Source: an uncultured Gammaproteobacteria bacterium
GTDB taxonomy: Bacteria > Patescibacteriota > Microgenomatia > Daviesbacterales > UBA10151
Direction: 5' to 3'
Assembly: GCA_964524895.1 (NCBI GenBank)
Contig: CAZGFG010000003.1
Span: 34,023-98,022 of the forward strand
DNA length: 64,000 bases
Under the pieces are notes generated by a model. That model made no database searches and was not told where the DNA came from. It saw nothing but the letters and a program-made list of their open reading frames with translations. Shown piece after piece: positions 49,269-57,134 of this stretch; position 1 is the first letter of the stretch; each line of letters opens with the position of its first letter. A program made the position numbers and the translations under genes.

Positions 49269-49726
49269 ATAACCTCAATTTTTAGGTTTTTAATCCAGTC
49301 TCGACTTTGAATGCCGTTCTCAGACAAAAAACTATCTATCTCTTTATTGCCTGTTTCTTCCGACCCTTTCTTTAAACTAATAGTGAACTGGTTGGTATCA
49401 AAATTATATGACATTGAGGAGTAGCTGCCGTTAAAAGGAAGTTTCGTAATCAGCTTCCCAACGGTAGCACTTTGCTTTACGTAATCAGCTTCTTGCTGCT
49501 GGATTGTTTTAATGCTCTCCTGATATACGACTCCTTGGGATGGGATATTGATAGGCAAGGGGGTACTAATAGGGGATGGAGTTGGCGAGAACAATTGGAT
49601 TGGTTTGGGAGTTACTTGCGGAATATTTTTTGGTCCGATAAACTGTAGGTAAACAAAAGAGGTGAGAATAAAAAGCATTCCTACTGCAGAAACTATATAA
49701 CCTAAATTCTTCTTAATAAAATCCAT
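49265..49726 (-). CDS. Membrane-anchored hypothetical protein
   Basis: TM, Pro-rich linker, C-terminal domain shared with the neighbour. Confidence 0.65.
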   Translation of the reverse strand: MDFIKKNLGYIVSAVGMLFILTSFVYLQFIGPKNIPQVTPKPIQLFSPTPSPISTPLPINIPSQGVVYQESIKTIQQQEADYVKQSATVGKLITKLPFNGSYSSMSYNFDTNQFTISLKKGSEETGNKEIDSFLSENGIQSRDWIKNLKIEVI

Positions 49727-49733
49727 ATTTTGA

Positions 49734-51737
49734 TTATCTCACTTTCTTCATAGGGTAAGCATAATACCATGGAAAATCAGTTGTATTTTTTAATCGGTTG
49801 GCTGGATTTTCATCGTTCCCATCTCTGTAAGAACAATTGTTAGGATCACGAATGTCAACGACTTTAGTTGCGGGATTGACTGCATCAACCACAAATATAT
49901 GATCTACAGTTAAGGCGTTTTTACAATTGGCGCAGGGAAAAGCCTTAGACGAGCCCAGGATTAAGTAGCCCTTGTTCAAATACTCTTTTGCCAGATCTAT
50001 ATTCAAACGCCCATTATCCGCTATATTTGGTCCTACCGTCATTCCTAGGTTGGACAACCAGGCGGAATTTAATGCCAAAGCTAGGGAGCTTCCAGTGTCT
50101 CCACAGGTTCTAGCTCCTACTGCTTGAAACTGCTGGTCCACCTGTGTGGGTGTCAAGTTAAAGCCAAATCCGCTTAAAAGCATTGCCATAGAAGTAGGTC
50201 CGCAGCCAGCATTGCCCAGAGAGCAAACAGATTGCCAAGCTGTGTTGCCCTGGCAGTAAAAAGTTATATTCTCGTTTGGTGGAGCCAGAGGTTGGGTATA
50301 GCTGTTTGAGATATGTCCGCGGCAGCTTTGCATACTGTTCCAGATATCATCACCGTAGTTATAAGGCCCAGTACAGCTAGCTGCTCCTCCATAGAGCAAA
50401 CATCCATAGTAGGTATTAACCAATGCATTAATAGCACCTTTATTGTTAGTCCAAGCCGGACTCCACTTTCCGTTATTGGTATACCCTAGATTACCCATTT
50501 TCTTCAATATCCACCCAGCACCGACAATGATATTGGCTCTGGGGTCACAATAATCCTCGCGGCTCATAGTAGAAACAGTTTTCCCTATCAGTTTTGCTCC
50601 GGCATCAATACAATCATCACAACTTGCCGGATCTCCTTTGGCAGATTTGGTACCGGGAGGTTGGATTTGCATAATTCCCAAAGCACCGGTAGGGCTTTGC
50701 GCACACTGGTAGCTTTTAATTTGTTCATCAGTCAGGTTGACGGAAGAAGGGGATTCTACCCTGATAAATGCAGCCAAGACGGCTGCCGGGATGTTGGTCA
50801 AATTGGAAGCTTCCCTTATGTAAGTCATTAGCAATGGACTTTTAAAAGATTCATCTTTAGGGTTTTGGTCACTTCTTATAAATTTACAACTTGCTATATC
50901 CTGATTTAAGCCACCTCCCGGGCCCAGATTGAGGTTATCAGGCATAGCGGAAAAGAGCAGGGATCCAAATAAAATTACCCCAATTATTATAAGGACAAGC
51001 TTTGCTTTTGATTTTTTTACCCCCGAGGAAAAGCTACTGGATCCTCGTGCTATATTGTTGGATAAATCTGCCCCATAATTTATCATTGACCCCCCGCGTT
51101 TAAGTATAAAATTACCACCTGCTCCTACCCCGGATCCTAAAAAACCTCCTGCAGAGCGGGGGATCTCCCCTAAAAATCCCATTAACCCTCGGCCCGTACG
51201 GCTAATTGTTTTAGCCGTAACTATCTGGGCTTTGCTGGCAAGGTCTTGAACCGGTGCCAAGCTAACAACTTCGGCAGCCTTGCTGCCTGCTAGCTGTGCC
51301 CCTTCAGAAACCTTCTCTGCCAAATTTGTTTCTTCCCGGGGGATAACAGTTTGGGGGATTGGGGCTGTAGTAGTAGAGGGCTGGGCAACTGGAGGTGGGG
51401 TAGAGGGTTGTTGTGGTAGATCTAAATTTGCCCTTGTTAGTTGTTGGTCAAATTTTTGATTTAAAGCCGCATCTTGGGGATTTTCCCTAAATTGCCCTTG
51501 GGTAATCTGGATAAGATATGGGTCTCTTCTTTCCAGCCCAAGCACCAACTTCTCCGTAAAAACTTTATTATCCGGATAGCTTTTGCTATATAAAGGGAAA
51601 TCAAATCTGGCCCATTTAAAGATAAAAGGGTCATAGGGGAAAGTTCCGTACTTACTTCTGTATACTTTCCATCCTGGGTGCCTAAACTTTTGTCTCAAAG
51701 CATCGGTAATAAAAGCAATACGCTCCTTCTTGTCCAT
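49734..51737 (-). CDS. VirB1-like dual cell-wall hydrolase (SLT transglycosylase + C39-like peptidase)
   Basis: AFIRVES, GALGIMQI, DPRANI; then YCQG...GCGPTSMAM...HIFVVD...IRDP. Confidence 0.8.
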   Translation of the reverse strand: MDKKERIAFITDALRQKFRHPGWKVYRSKYGTFPYDPFIFKWARFDFPLYSKSYPDNKVFTEKLVLGLERRDPYLIQITQGQFRENPQDAALNQKFDQQLTRANLDLPQQPSTPPPVAQPSTTTAPIPQTVIPREETNLAEKVSEGAQLAGSKAAEVVSLAPVQDLASKAQIVTAKTISRTGRGLMGFLGEIPRSAGGFLGSGVGAGGNFILKRGGSMINYGADLSNNIARGSSSFSSGVKKSKAKLVLIIIGVILFGSLLFSAMPDNLNLGPGGGLNQDIASCKFIRSDQNPKDESFKSPLLMTYIREASNLTNIPAAVLAAFIRVESPSSVNLTDEQIKSYQCAQSPTGALGIMQIQPPGTKSAKGDPASCDDCIDAGAKLIGKTVSTMSREDYCDPRANIIVGAGWILKKMGNLGYTNNGKWSPAWTNNKGAINALVNTYYGCLLYGGAASCTGPYNYGDDIWNSMQSCRGHISNSYTQPLAPPNENITFYCQGNTAWQSVCSLGNAGCGPTSMAMLLSGFGFNLTPTQVDQQFQAVGARTCGDTGSSLALALNSAWLSNLGMTVGPNIADNGRLNIDLAKEYLNKGYLILGSSKAFPCANCKNALTVDHIFVVDAVNPATKVVDIRDPNNCSYRDGNDENPANRLKNTTDFPWYYAYPMKKVR

Positions 51738-51741
51738 AAGT

Positions 51742-53502
51742 TTAGAGTCTTTGTTTAGCTATTAAATCCGCCGGATTAGAAGTAATCAGTTCGTGTTCCT
51801 GCGGGGAAGCTACCACCCTCATTGCCACATGGGTATTACCGGCAAAAAACAACCCTTGCCCGATACCGGCAGAAAGTAGCAACCTTTGTTCGCCTTCCGA
51901 TAGATTAAACACTTGCCCCAACCGGTCGATAGAGGCAGGAGCCTGTTTTAAAAGCACTTGGATAGAGGAGTTAGAGATGACCTCTTTACCCCGCTCTCCG
52001 GAGAGAAAGTCTTCTACATCTTGAGTAATTGTTGTCAGTCCCAAATAATATTTGCGCGCTCTTTTGGCAATATCCACTAAAAAATTTGCCGAGTCTTCAA
52101 ACCGCATTAAATACCATGCCTCGTCTACTATTAAAATACGTTTTTTTAGCCTGGTGCGTATTTTGGTCCAGATATATTCCAGGATCATGTGCATAGCTAG
52201 GGGGCGTAGTTGGTCTGCCAGGTCCCGGACAGAGAAGACGGTAAAAGAATTGGTAATGTTGATATTTGATTGCGAAGAGAAAATCCCCGAAAGCGATCCT
52301 TTAACAAACCGCTCCAATCTGGCTGCCAAAGATAGGGCGACTTTTTCCTCCATCCCCACCAATACTTTATAAAGGTCTTCCATTAAAGGTGGGGTTTTGG
52401 ATTGGGTTTTAGGGTCATCGGTGATCCCCTTTAACTGGTAGGTTTGTTTTAAGGCCCTGTCGAGGATGGCCGACTCATCCGGGTCTAGATTTCCCAGCAC
52501 TAATTTGAGAAATGCTGTAAGGGATAGTATCTTTCTGCCCAACTCATTTTCTCCGCTTAAGACTTCGGCAGAAAGGTCAAAAGGGTTTATTTTAATAGGG
52601 GATGATGCGGAAAAATTAAGATACTCTCCTCCCACTGCCTCGCAAAGAGGCAGGTATTCCTGTTCCGGGTCAATGGTGATAACCTCTGTCCCAAACATCA
52701 AAGACCGGACAGCCTCCAGTTTAACAAAATAACTCTTACCAGCGCCGCTTTTGGCGAATACGACCGAGTTCGCATTTTCCAAAGAAAAACGGTCAAAAAG
52801 TATCAGCGACTCGTTATGCTCATTAATCCCGTACATGATCCCCTCGTTGGCAGTTAACTCGGATGAGGCAAACGGGAAAGTAGTAGCCAAGGAGGTAGTA
52901 TCCATATTATGAGTGAGGTTTAAAAGATCCTGGCCTAAAGGCAGAGTAGACTTGAACCCGTCTTCCATCTGCAGGGTTGTTGCTTGCGAAGACATTGATA
53001 ACGAAGCAAGGGTGGACTCAACCAGCTTGGAGGTGTTTTTTAGATCGTCTATATTGATCGCAGGAACGGTGACATACAAAGAGAATTGGAAAAACCGCTC
53101 TACTCCCTTAACCAACTGGTCCTGCAGGGCTCTGGCATCATCAAGAGCTACCTCCACTGCCGGATCTACAGCGTGGCCTCTTTCCATGTCTGTTTGGATA
53201 GTGGCCTCCATTTCTCCGACTTTTCTTTTAAGATCATCCAATACTCCTTTTGACTGTGAAGGGTAGATGAACATTGAAATAAATAAAGAATGGTCAAATG
53301 AGATTAAAGGTTCCAACCAGTTAGGTTCTATAAACCTTGGATAATTCGACACAAAATAAGTCCGGTAGAATCTGTTATTAATCCGCAGATCGTTAAAATC
53401 CACCTCTATTTCGGCCGGAGCAATTACATCCTGGATATTGAAATTGGGGGTTTGATCATCGGGCATATTCTTGCTCTTTTTAAAATGCGAAAATATATTC
53501 AT
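51742..53502 (-). CDS. virB4: VirB4/TraC-family T4SS ATPase
   Basis: AKSGAGKS, IDPEQEY, INPFD, IVDEAW, RARKY, TITQDVEDF, GQGLFF. Confidence 0.9.
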   Translation of the reverse strand: MNIFSHFKKSKNMPDDQTPNFNIQDVIAPAEIEVDFNDLRINNRFYRTYFVSNYPRFIEPNWLEPLISFDHSLFISMFIYPSQSKGVLDDLKRKVGEMEATIQTDMERGHAVDPAVEVALDDARALQDQLVKGVERFFQFSLYVTVPAINIDDLKNTSKLVESTLASLSMSSQATTLQMEDGFKSTLPLGQDLLNLTHNMDTTSLATTFPFASSELTANEGIMYGINEHNESLILFDRFSLENANSVVFAKSGAGKSYFVKLEAVRSLMFGTEVITIDPEQEYLPLCEAVGGEYLNFSASSPIKINPFDLSAEVLSGENELGRKILSLTAFLKLVLGNLDPDESAILDRALKQTYQLKGITDDPKTQSKTPPLMEDLYKVLVGMEEKVALSLAARLERFVKGSLSGIFSSQSNINITNSFTVFSVRDLADQLRPLAMHMILEYIWTKIRTRLKKRILIVDEAWYLMRFEDSANFLVDIAKRARKYYLGLTTITQDVEDFLSGERGKEVISNSSIQVLLKQAPASIDRLGQVFNLSEGEQRLLLSAGIGQGLFFAGNTHVAMRVVASPQEHELITSNPADLIAKQRL

Positions 53503-54269
53503 ATATTGTCTGTTAACTCTTCTACAACAAAAGGTGAATTCCTCGTTGGACGGGGGGTCTGATCATTAATAGGAGCTGCAGCAAAGGTTGTACCTGTAGC
53601 GGGAGTGGGTTGAGAGGCTACCGCTGCAGGAGAGGGGAATAGCTTTGGTTTAGGTTGGCTTAAATTAACCGGTTCCACAACAGGTTTATCCGTTAAGCTT
53701 CGGGTTTCTGCTTCGATATAAGAAGTACCGTTATATAGATCATAGAAAAGTTCAATCAGTTGCCGGGTATTCAGTTGAGTGCTTTTTAAACCAATCCGGT
53801 TTAGTTGCCTAATTAGCTGATCCCTTCTTGGCAAAAGCAGATTTTTGCTTTTCTTTAAAGTTGAAGTAAGGTCGTTTTTAAGGCCCAACTCAATTGCAAA
53901 AACCGGTATGACAATATAGAACTTTTTATCCAATACTTCGTTCTCTTTAACAATATTTTGGATAAACTGCCGGTATAGGACCATCATCTGCGAAAGCAGC
54001 GGATTGGTTTGCATTTTTTGAGCTTTGTCCAAAAGTAACAAGTAAGAGCTAATATTTAGCCTTTCCGACAAGATCAAAATTTGTATACTAAAAGATAAGG
54101 AGTTAAGCATTTGGGCAAAAGCAGCGATGATCCCCAGCTGTTCTCTTTCTGAAAGTAACCCAAAATTTACGGCACTGGTTTGTAAGACTAAAGCTGCTCC
54201 GCCACTCTTTAGCAAGAGGAGGTCATCTTTAATATCGCTTATAGATAGGTGCTGCTGTGTCAAACTCAT
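53499..54269 (-). CDS. T4SS-associated protein resembling VirB4/TraC N-terminal region
   Basis: AVNFGLLSEREQ...LNSLSFSIQI, VLDKKFYIVIP; sits between prgI and virB4. Confidence 0.65.
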   Translation of the reverse strand: MSLTQQHLSISDIKDDLLLLKSGGAALVLQTSAVNFGLLSEREQLGIIAAFAQMLNSLSFSIQILILSERLNISSYLLLLDKAQKMQTNPLLSQMMVLYRQFIQNIVKENEVLDKKFYIVIPVFAIELGLKNDLTSTLKKSKNLLLPRRDQLIRQLNRIGLKSTQLNTRQLIELFYDLYNGTSYIEAETRSLTDKPVVEPVNLSQPKPKLFPSPAAVASQPTPATGTTFAAAPINDQTPRPTRNSPFVVEELTDNI

Positions 54270-54273
54270 AATT

Positions 54274-55383
54274 TTAACTGCTGCCGATTACTTTTTTGGC
54301 GGCTATAGCAAGAGGAGGTATTACCGAACCGACTAACTCGATCTGCAGAGCATCAAAAACCAGATTATCTTTTTCCAATTCGATTGTGTAAACTCCATTT
54401 GGCAGCGGAGTGCTGCCACTAAATTGGCCCAGTTTGTTGGTTTTTAGAGCCCTAACAGGTAACCCTTCCTTGTCATAAATAACCACAACTACCCCTTCCA
54501 GGTAGTTATTTTCGGAATCTTTAACAATCCCGTTTATAACGTTTGGGAAAGTGGTTAGCATCAGTTGTGTTTGCTTAGGCTTTTGAGGGGTAGTTACCGT
54601 TATTTTTACCCTTTCCTTAGGTTGTTCTTGGAGGGGTATAGTTGGTTGGGTCGTATCTATATCGGCCAGTCGTTGCTTGATTTCAGAAGCCTGGTTAATT
54701 AGCTGTTGCAGGTTGGCCAAAACATTAGCTATTTCCCGGGAGTAATCAACGTTTATAGTTTGAGGTTGCCCGGCAGCTTCTTTGATTTGATTAAGCTTTC
54801 GTTCATTTTCTATGATCTTTATCTGCAAATTTTGAGCCTCTTTGGCCAATTCTACTGTTTTTTGCAACTCTTCCTGGCTGGGGAGAGCTTCTTTAGGTTC
54901 CGGTTGGGGAACAGTTCTAAAAGGTATCTCTGCCTTGGGGGCGAAAATAGGCGGAGTATTGTTAGGCTGCATAGAAGTTAGGGGGCGCAGTGCCGGGATT
55001 GGAGGGTTTGTTATGGGAGAAGGTTGTCCTACAGGAGAAAGGAACATTGTTAACCTACTTTTAAACAAAGGTTCTTCCCCATAACCCTTATTATTTTTAC
55101 TCCAGGTTTGTTTGGTAGGAGAGTAAACAGCTCTCAAAAATGCTATCAACCAGTAGTCTAAAGACCTGTAACCTATAGGTAAAAAGGCAAAGGCAGCACC
55201 GGTCAAACTGAACATTATTATTAGAGGCCAAGCAATTATCGGGGCAGAAGGTGTTAGGAAGATAAAAAGAATATAGGCAACTACTATTCCGCTTGCCAAA
55301 TAAGCAAACTGCTTGATAGTCATATCTCCTACCAACTTGAATTGGAAAGAGGTGACATTTTGTGGTACCGGGTGTGCTTCCAT
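54274..55383 (-). CDS. PrgI-family (VirB3-like) protein with coiled coil and C-terminal beta-sandwich
   Basis: HPVPQNV...FKLVGDMTIKQF + 2 TMs; GIVKD...RALKTNKLGQF. Confidence 0.8.
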   Translation of the reverse strand: MEAHPVPQNVTSFQFKLVGDMTIKQFAYLASGIVVAYILFIFLTPSAPIIAWPLIIMFSLTGAAFAFLPIGYRSLDYWLIAFLRAVYSPTKQTWSKNNKGYGEEPLFKSRLTMFLSPVGQPSPITNPPIPALRPLTSMQPNNTPPIFAPKAEIPFRTVPQPEPKEALPSQEELQKTVELAKEAQNLQIKIIENERKLNQIKEAAGQPQTINVDYSREIANVLANLQQLINQASEIKQRLADIDTTQPTIPLQEQPKERVKITVTTPQKPKQTQLMLTTFPNVINGIVKDSENNYLEGVVVVIYDKEGLPVRALKTNKLGQFSGSTPLPNGVYTIELEKDNLVFDALQIELVGSVIPPLAIAAKKVIGSS

Positions 55384-55519
55384 AGGACAGATTTTCTCTT
55401 ACTATAGACTCTTATATAACGTGAAAAAATATGCGTCTAGAGATACAAACTGGGTCATTTGCGAGCAATCGTGCCCTTTTGCCTTCTAAACTATCAACTA
55501 GTGGTAAACAATTTTCCTA

Positions 55520-55549
55520 TTGACAGTAGAGTAGAAGTAGTTTTATTCT
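55520..55549 (+). promoter_or_regulatory. Putative sigma70 promoter for the riboswitch leader
   Basis: TTGACA-18 nt-TATTCT. Confidence 0.6.
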
Positions 55550-55565
55550 TTAAAGACAATTTAGA

Positions 55566-55687
55566 AGGAGTAGGTTGGATCAGACCAACCTTAACCAGGG
55601 GAAATCCCGATCGTTTCGGGAGCTGTGCCGCAACCGTGAAAGCCGGACTGCCTGGACTCCTAATATTTCTTCGAGCAAAGAAGGTGT
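55566..55687 (+). ncRNA. Cobalamin-riboswitch-like leader (compact variant)
   Basis: P1 aggagt/actcct; P2 aggttgg/ccaacct; P3 ccagg/cctgg followed by GGAA; P4 tcccga/tcggga; gc-tgtgcc-gc-aaccgt; B12-box-like aagccggactgcc; P13-like ttctt-cgagca-aagaa. Confidence 0.75.
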
Positions 55688-55691
55688 ACTT

Positions 55692-55713
55692 AACCCCTCG
55701 AAGAGGGGTTTTT
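55692..55713 (+). terminator. Hairpin + T-tract (candidate expression platform)
   Basis: aacccctc-gaa-gaggggtt-ttt. Confidence 0.6.
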
Positions 55714-55725
55714 GATTGGTTAATT

Positions 55726-57066
55726 ATGACAACTGCAGAAACGAGAGCTGAATATTTTCCCAGGATTGCAGCAAGAGAGGCAAATTTGCCCCCTACACGG
55801 CCTCACAGCCCCGATATTTGGCGCTATATAGAAGAGGAATCTAGGCTCAAGAATACCCCTTTTAACTTGCATCTGGAATGGAAATCTTTTACTGCAAACT
55901 TTAAAGACGGTTTGGCAGAAGGTTTAACTGCCCCGGAGGCAGCCCTGAAGGCGTACCGTGGAACGGAGTTGAATATCAGGAGCTTTATGCGGGAGTTTGG
56001 GGAGCAGGCTTTGGTCCTGCCTCATCTGATCGGGGAAAAAGATGGGCAGATAGTTAACAGCTTTGACGGCAAGCCTATTCTCCCCAGGATTACCAAGAAT
56101 GAAAGAGGCGGGTCAGTATTTTTTGCTTCCCAGCAGCTCCAAACCTTTTTCCAGATGCATAAAGAGACTGGAGCGATGGCATTTTATACCAACCCTGACG
56201 GTTGGATTGGTGTTTTTGATAAAAATGGGAAACCGATTCTGGATAAGGAGGGTAAACCATTCGTTTATAAAAGTAGCGAGACATTTGTTTTCTGGCGTGG
56301 AGAAAACGGCAACTTAAGAGGGGTAACTATTGTAACGGATATGGATAGAGACAAGCATAAGAGTTTGCTGGCATCATTTGGAGTAAAGGATAATATGGAT
56401 GGTGAAAGTGAAGAAGAGGAGATTATGAATATTGTCAGCCATCCCGCTTTCATAGCTGGTGGCATGGACAAATTAAACACCCCTGTTGATGTGGCAAAAA
56501 AAATTGTAGAGATCCGGGGCACAAAAGATATTAGGATAGAACAGATGGATGGCAGTATAGAATACAAACCGGTTTCTGATATTTTTAAGGACTTGGATAG
56601 ATTAGATGAGCTGTTACTTTTTAACGAAACAGGAGAGAGATATTTAGAAGACCTTAAGGAGATGGTACTGACCAATGCCGATCATTTAGAGGATCCGAGA
56701 ATACAACTTTGGGTGATTAGAGGGATAGAGGATGTAATACTTAGACTGACTAGGCAAATCCGCAAAAGGGGAGCCGGCCAGGAGATTATTTTTAACCAGG
56801 CAATTACATTAAGGCAGAAGTCTGTGGAGCAACCTAACTTTGAAAGTGAGGATTTTTCCGAGGAGGTAAAATTTTTGGCCAATAGAGTGGGCTGTGCTCC
56901 GGGATCCTCGCGGAGTAGTATAAGAGGCTATGGAGCTGGAAGGATATCTGGAGATGGGATAGAAAGCACATTTTTGCCGGGAAAGTGTATTAATTGTGGA
57001 AAAGCGGGTTTGGTAGAATGTGGCTGGTGCCGTGGTTGTGTTATGAAAACGTCTCTCAGCGGTTGA
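55726..57066 (+). CDS. Hypothetical protein (446 aa) with C-terminal Cys-rich zinc-ribbon-like tail
   Basis: Start MTTAETR after the leader; CINC...CGWCRGC. Confidence 0.7.
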   Translation: MTTAETRAEYFPRIAAREANLPPTRPHSPDIWRYIEEESRLKNTPFNLHLEWKSFTANFKDGLAEGLTAPEAALKAYRGTELNIRSFMREFGEQALVLPHLIGEKDGQIVNSFDGKPILPRITKNERGGSVFFASQQLQTFFQMHKETGAMAFYTNPDGWIGVFDKNGKPILDKEGKPFVYKSSETFVFWRGENGNLRGVTIVTDMDRDKHKSLLASFGVKDNMDGESEEEEIMNIVSHPAFIAGGMDKLNTPVDVAKKIVEIRGTKDIRIEQMDGSIEYKPVSDIFKDLDRLDELLLFNETGERYLEDLKEMVLTNADHLEDPRIQLWVIRGIEDVILRLTRQIRKRGAGQEIIFNQAITLRQKSVEQPNFESEDFSEEVKFLANRVGCAPGSSRSSIRGYGAGRISGDGIESTFLPGKCINCGKAGLVECGWCRGCVMKTSLSG

Positions 57067-57092
57067 CAGTTAAGTCAGATAGACTCTACACT
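57063..57092 (+). promoter_or_regulatory. Putative sigma70 promoter
   Basis: TTGACA-18 nt-TACACT upstream of the 1135-aa ORF. Confidence 0.55.
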
Positions 57093-57134
57093 AAAATTGA
57101 CCATAGTGTGATAGAGGTTTAAAATACGCGCACT

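Noticed and set aside
55459-55725. N-terminal 89 aa of the track's 535-aa ORF
   Set aside because: Overlaps a promoter, a structured leader and a hairpin; ATG 55726 is the better start
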